Virus record (IMG/VR): IMGVR_UViG_3300011918_000007
Location: 1 to 34,566 of that record
Source: a virus
Lineage: Duplodnaviria; Caudoviricetes
Length of the DNA stretch: 34,566 nt
Direction: 5' to 3' (one strand)
Part shown: positions 32,579 through 34,566 of the stretch, one piece after another
How positions within the stretch are numbered: the stretch's first letter is position 1
Layout: each line of letters begins with the position of its first letter
Program-made: the position numbers and the translations under genes
Notes under the pieces: generated by a model
Seen by the model: the letters and a program-made list of their open reading frames with translations, nothing else
What the model was told of the DNA's origin: nothing
Database searches by the model: none

Positions 32579-33919
32579 ATGGCTGATTTCACACCAGTTG
32601 CGTTGGGCGTAAAGCCACCACAAGGCATGAGTTTGAGCGAAATGCTCAACATGGCTAACGTTGCACAACAATACCAACAAACGCAACAGCTAAATCCTTT
32701 GCAGCTTCAAAAAGCACAAATGGAAGTTGAACAAGCGCAAAAAATGAATCCATTGGCGGTTCAAAAAGCTACAGCAGATGTAAGCACAGCACAAACTGGC
32801 GCTGAAAAGTCAAAATTTGATTTGAACAAAAGCTATGCTGAAAAAGCGCGTGGTGTTTTTGGTGGCTTTACCAATGACCCTGATTTTGTTGCTGGCAATA
32901 GCGATGCAATGATTAAAAAGCTAGAAGCAAGTCAATCGTTCCTTACATCAATTGGCGTTCCAACGCATCCTGATGGAACAACAGCACAGATGATTGAGTT
33001 AGCTAGGACAAACCCTAAAGCAGTTCGTCAACAGCTTGCAAACATGACGCAAGGCGAAATGTCTGCTGAGGCTAAATTGGGCGCTCAATTTCCTGCTGCT
33101 CAAGCTCTTAACACTGGCAATCAAGTTATTCCAGTTCAGATGGGCAACAAAATGCTTACTGGTGTTACGCCTGGCACTCCACAAGGTCTTGGCATTGAAA
33201 CTCAATTACCACCAACCACAGAGGCTGTTGCCGTTGAAGGCGATGGAACTGGTTTGCCGCCTGGCACTCGTTACATAGTTGGCCCACAAAGCCAACAAAT
33301 GCAAAACAAGCCACGATTGCCAACTGCTTTGTCTCCAACTGCCGCTGCTGCAAACGTTGTGATTAGTGAAGATTGGGCAAAAACCCAAAAAGCCGCAACA
33401 GACGCGCAGCCAAGAATTGCTATTTTCCAGAACATCAAGAAGTTTGCTCCTGATGCGTTTACTGGAACTGGTGGCTCTCGTAAAGAATTGGCGGCTGGTA
33501 TTCTTAATGCTGTTGGCATTTCTGCCTTTGAAGCCGAAAAAGTGTCAACAGAAGAATTGGCTAAAAACTCTGCATTGCTGGCAATTGCTGGTGGCAATAC
33601 TGATGCAGCAAGGGCTTTGGCTGAAATTGCCAACCCAAGCAAGAAACTAAATGAACGCGCCATCAAGGAAATCTCAAATCAGATGATCGGCATTGAGAAG
33701 ATGAACCAAGCCAAGGCTGCGTTCTTGTCTCCTGTTGCTCAAGATTCTGCTAAGTATCAAGAAAAACTTAATGTGTTTAATCAAGTGGCTGACCCGCGCT
33801 TGTTCCAAGAAGCAACAGCAGAAGATGTGGCTAGAATGAAAGCCAGAATGTCCAAGGCTGAGATTGCTGACTTTGGTAACCGTGTGAAATTGCTCAAACA
33901 AATGGGATTGACACAATAA
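32579..33919 (+). CDS. DNA ejection protein (gp20-like position)
   Basis: Q/A-rich helical protein after pilot gene; SD TAAGGA. Confidence 0.6.
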   Translation: MADFTPVALGVKPPQGMSLSEMLNMANVAQQYQQTQQLNPLQLQKAQMEVEQAQKMNPLAVQKATADVSTAQTGAEKSKFDLNKSYAEKARGVFGGFTNDPDFVAGNSDAMIKKLEASQSFLTSIGVPTHPDGTTAQMIELARTNPKAVRQQLANMTQGEMSAEAKLGAQFPAAQALNTGNQVIPVQMGNKMLTGVTPGTPQGLGIETQLPPTTEAVAVEGDGTGLPPGTRYIVGPQSQQMQNKPRLPTALSPTAAAANVVISEDWAKTQKAATDAQPRIAIFQNIKKFAPDAFTGTGGSRKELAAGILNAVGISAFEAEKVSTEELAKNSALLAIAGGNTDAARALAEIANPSKKLNERAIKEISNQMIGIEKMNQAKAAFLSPVAQDSAKYQEKLNVFNQVADPRLFQEATAEDVARMKARMSKAEIADFGNRVKLLKQMGLTQ

Positions 33920-34566
33920 TGGCAACAGTCGCTGAACTTTGGGGTGAACCAGAAGTGAAGCCTAAAGGCGGCGCTTCTGACATTACGCCTAAACAAAAAT
34001 CATTTAGTACCTACAAAGACGGTATTGTTATAAATGAACAAGCCGCGCCACAACAGCCACAAGGCTCAACTATTGCTGATTTGTGGGAATCTACCCCTGC
34101 GGCAACCCCTGCTGAATTAAAAAAACAATCAGGCAGCATTGTTGGAGAAGCAATTAAAAAAGGCTTTGAAATGCGCCAACAATTGCAAGGCGCTGGCGAA
34201 GTTGGGCTAACTACCTTAACTGGTGCTGTTGCGGCTCCATTGGCGGCTGTTACAGGAGTTATTGCAGCGGCTCGTTCTGGCAAGTTTGGCACAAAAGAAG
34301 GCGTAAAGGCTGGTGAAGAACAAGCTGCAAACCTGATGGGTCAGATGACTTATCAACCACGTACAGAAAAAGGTCAAGAGTACATTCAAGGCTTACAAAA
34401 AGCGTTTGAAGCAAGCAAATTGCCGCCTGTTGGTGTTCCTGAGTTGGCTGGCTTTGCGCCTTTGGCTGGCCCTGCTACGCAACAAGTTGCTGGCGCAGTT
34501 AAAAAAGGTGTTTTTGCCGCAGATCAAGCACTTGTTAATGAAGCGACAATGCTTGGCGGGGCTGTT
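33919..34566 (+). CDS. N-terminal part of large ejection protein (open at window end)
   Basis: ATG in TAATG overlap; 216 codons with no stop (MATVAELWGEP...TMLGGAV); absent from the ORF track. Confidence 0.75.
   Translation, partial: MATVAELWGEPEVKPKGGASDITPKQKSFSTYKDGIVINEQAAPQQPQGSTIADLWESTPAATPAELKKQSGSIVGEAIKKGFEMRQQLQGAGEVGLTTLTGAVAAPLAAVTGVIAAARSGKFGTKEGVKAGEEQAANLMGQMTYQPRTEKGQEYIQGLQKAFEASKLPPVGVPELAGFAPLAGPATQQVAGAVKKGVFAADQALVNEATMLGGAV

Noticed and set aside
1-34566. tRNA genes, integrase/att site, alternative genetic code
   Set aside because: No cloverleaf with T-loop in the short intergenic gaps, no recombinase motifs, and standard-code ORFs tile the genome using all three stop codons.

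Overview
This window is almost certainly a near-complete, circularly permuted ~34.6-kb short-tailed (podovirus-type) dsDNA phage genome. The virion module is P22-like: TerS, PBSX-type TerL, portal, scaffold, coat, gp4- and gp10-like tail proteins, and three ejection proteins, the last of which appears split across the window ends. The early region is lambdoid-like: leftward ERF, YqaJ exonuclease and an SSB-like gene; rightward Cro-like HTH, a YdaU-type replication initiator with iteron-like repeats, a Mom-like DNA modifier and nin-like genes. Lysis genes are a holin and an M15A endolysin. I see no integrase, CI repressor, helicase/primase, tRNA, CRISPR array or reverse transcriptase. The most interesting signals are non-coding. 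(1) One three-way-junction RNA fold occurs twice with fully compensatory base changes, in the leaders of the replication initiator and of an HNH-AP2 nuclease; in each copy a loop is complementary to tandem sites at the ribosome-binding region. (2) The other two HNH-AP2 genes share a cassette with convergent promoters and a predicted ~75-nt antisense RNA; in one copy the hairpin pairs fully only on the antisense strand. Product names come from motif recognition only; no database searches were run.
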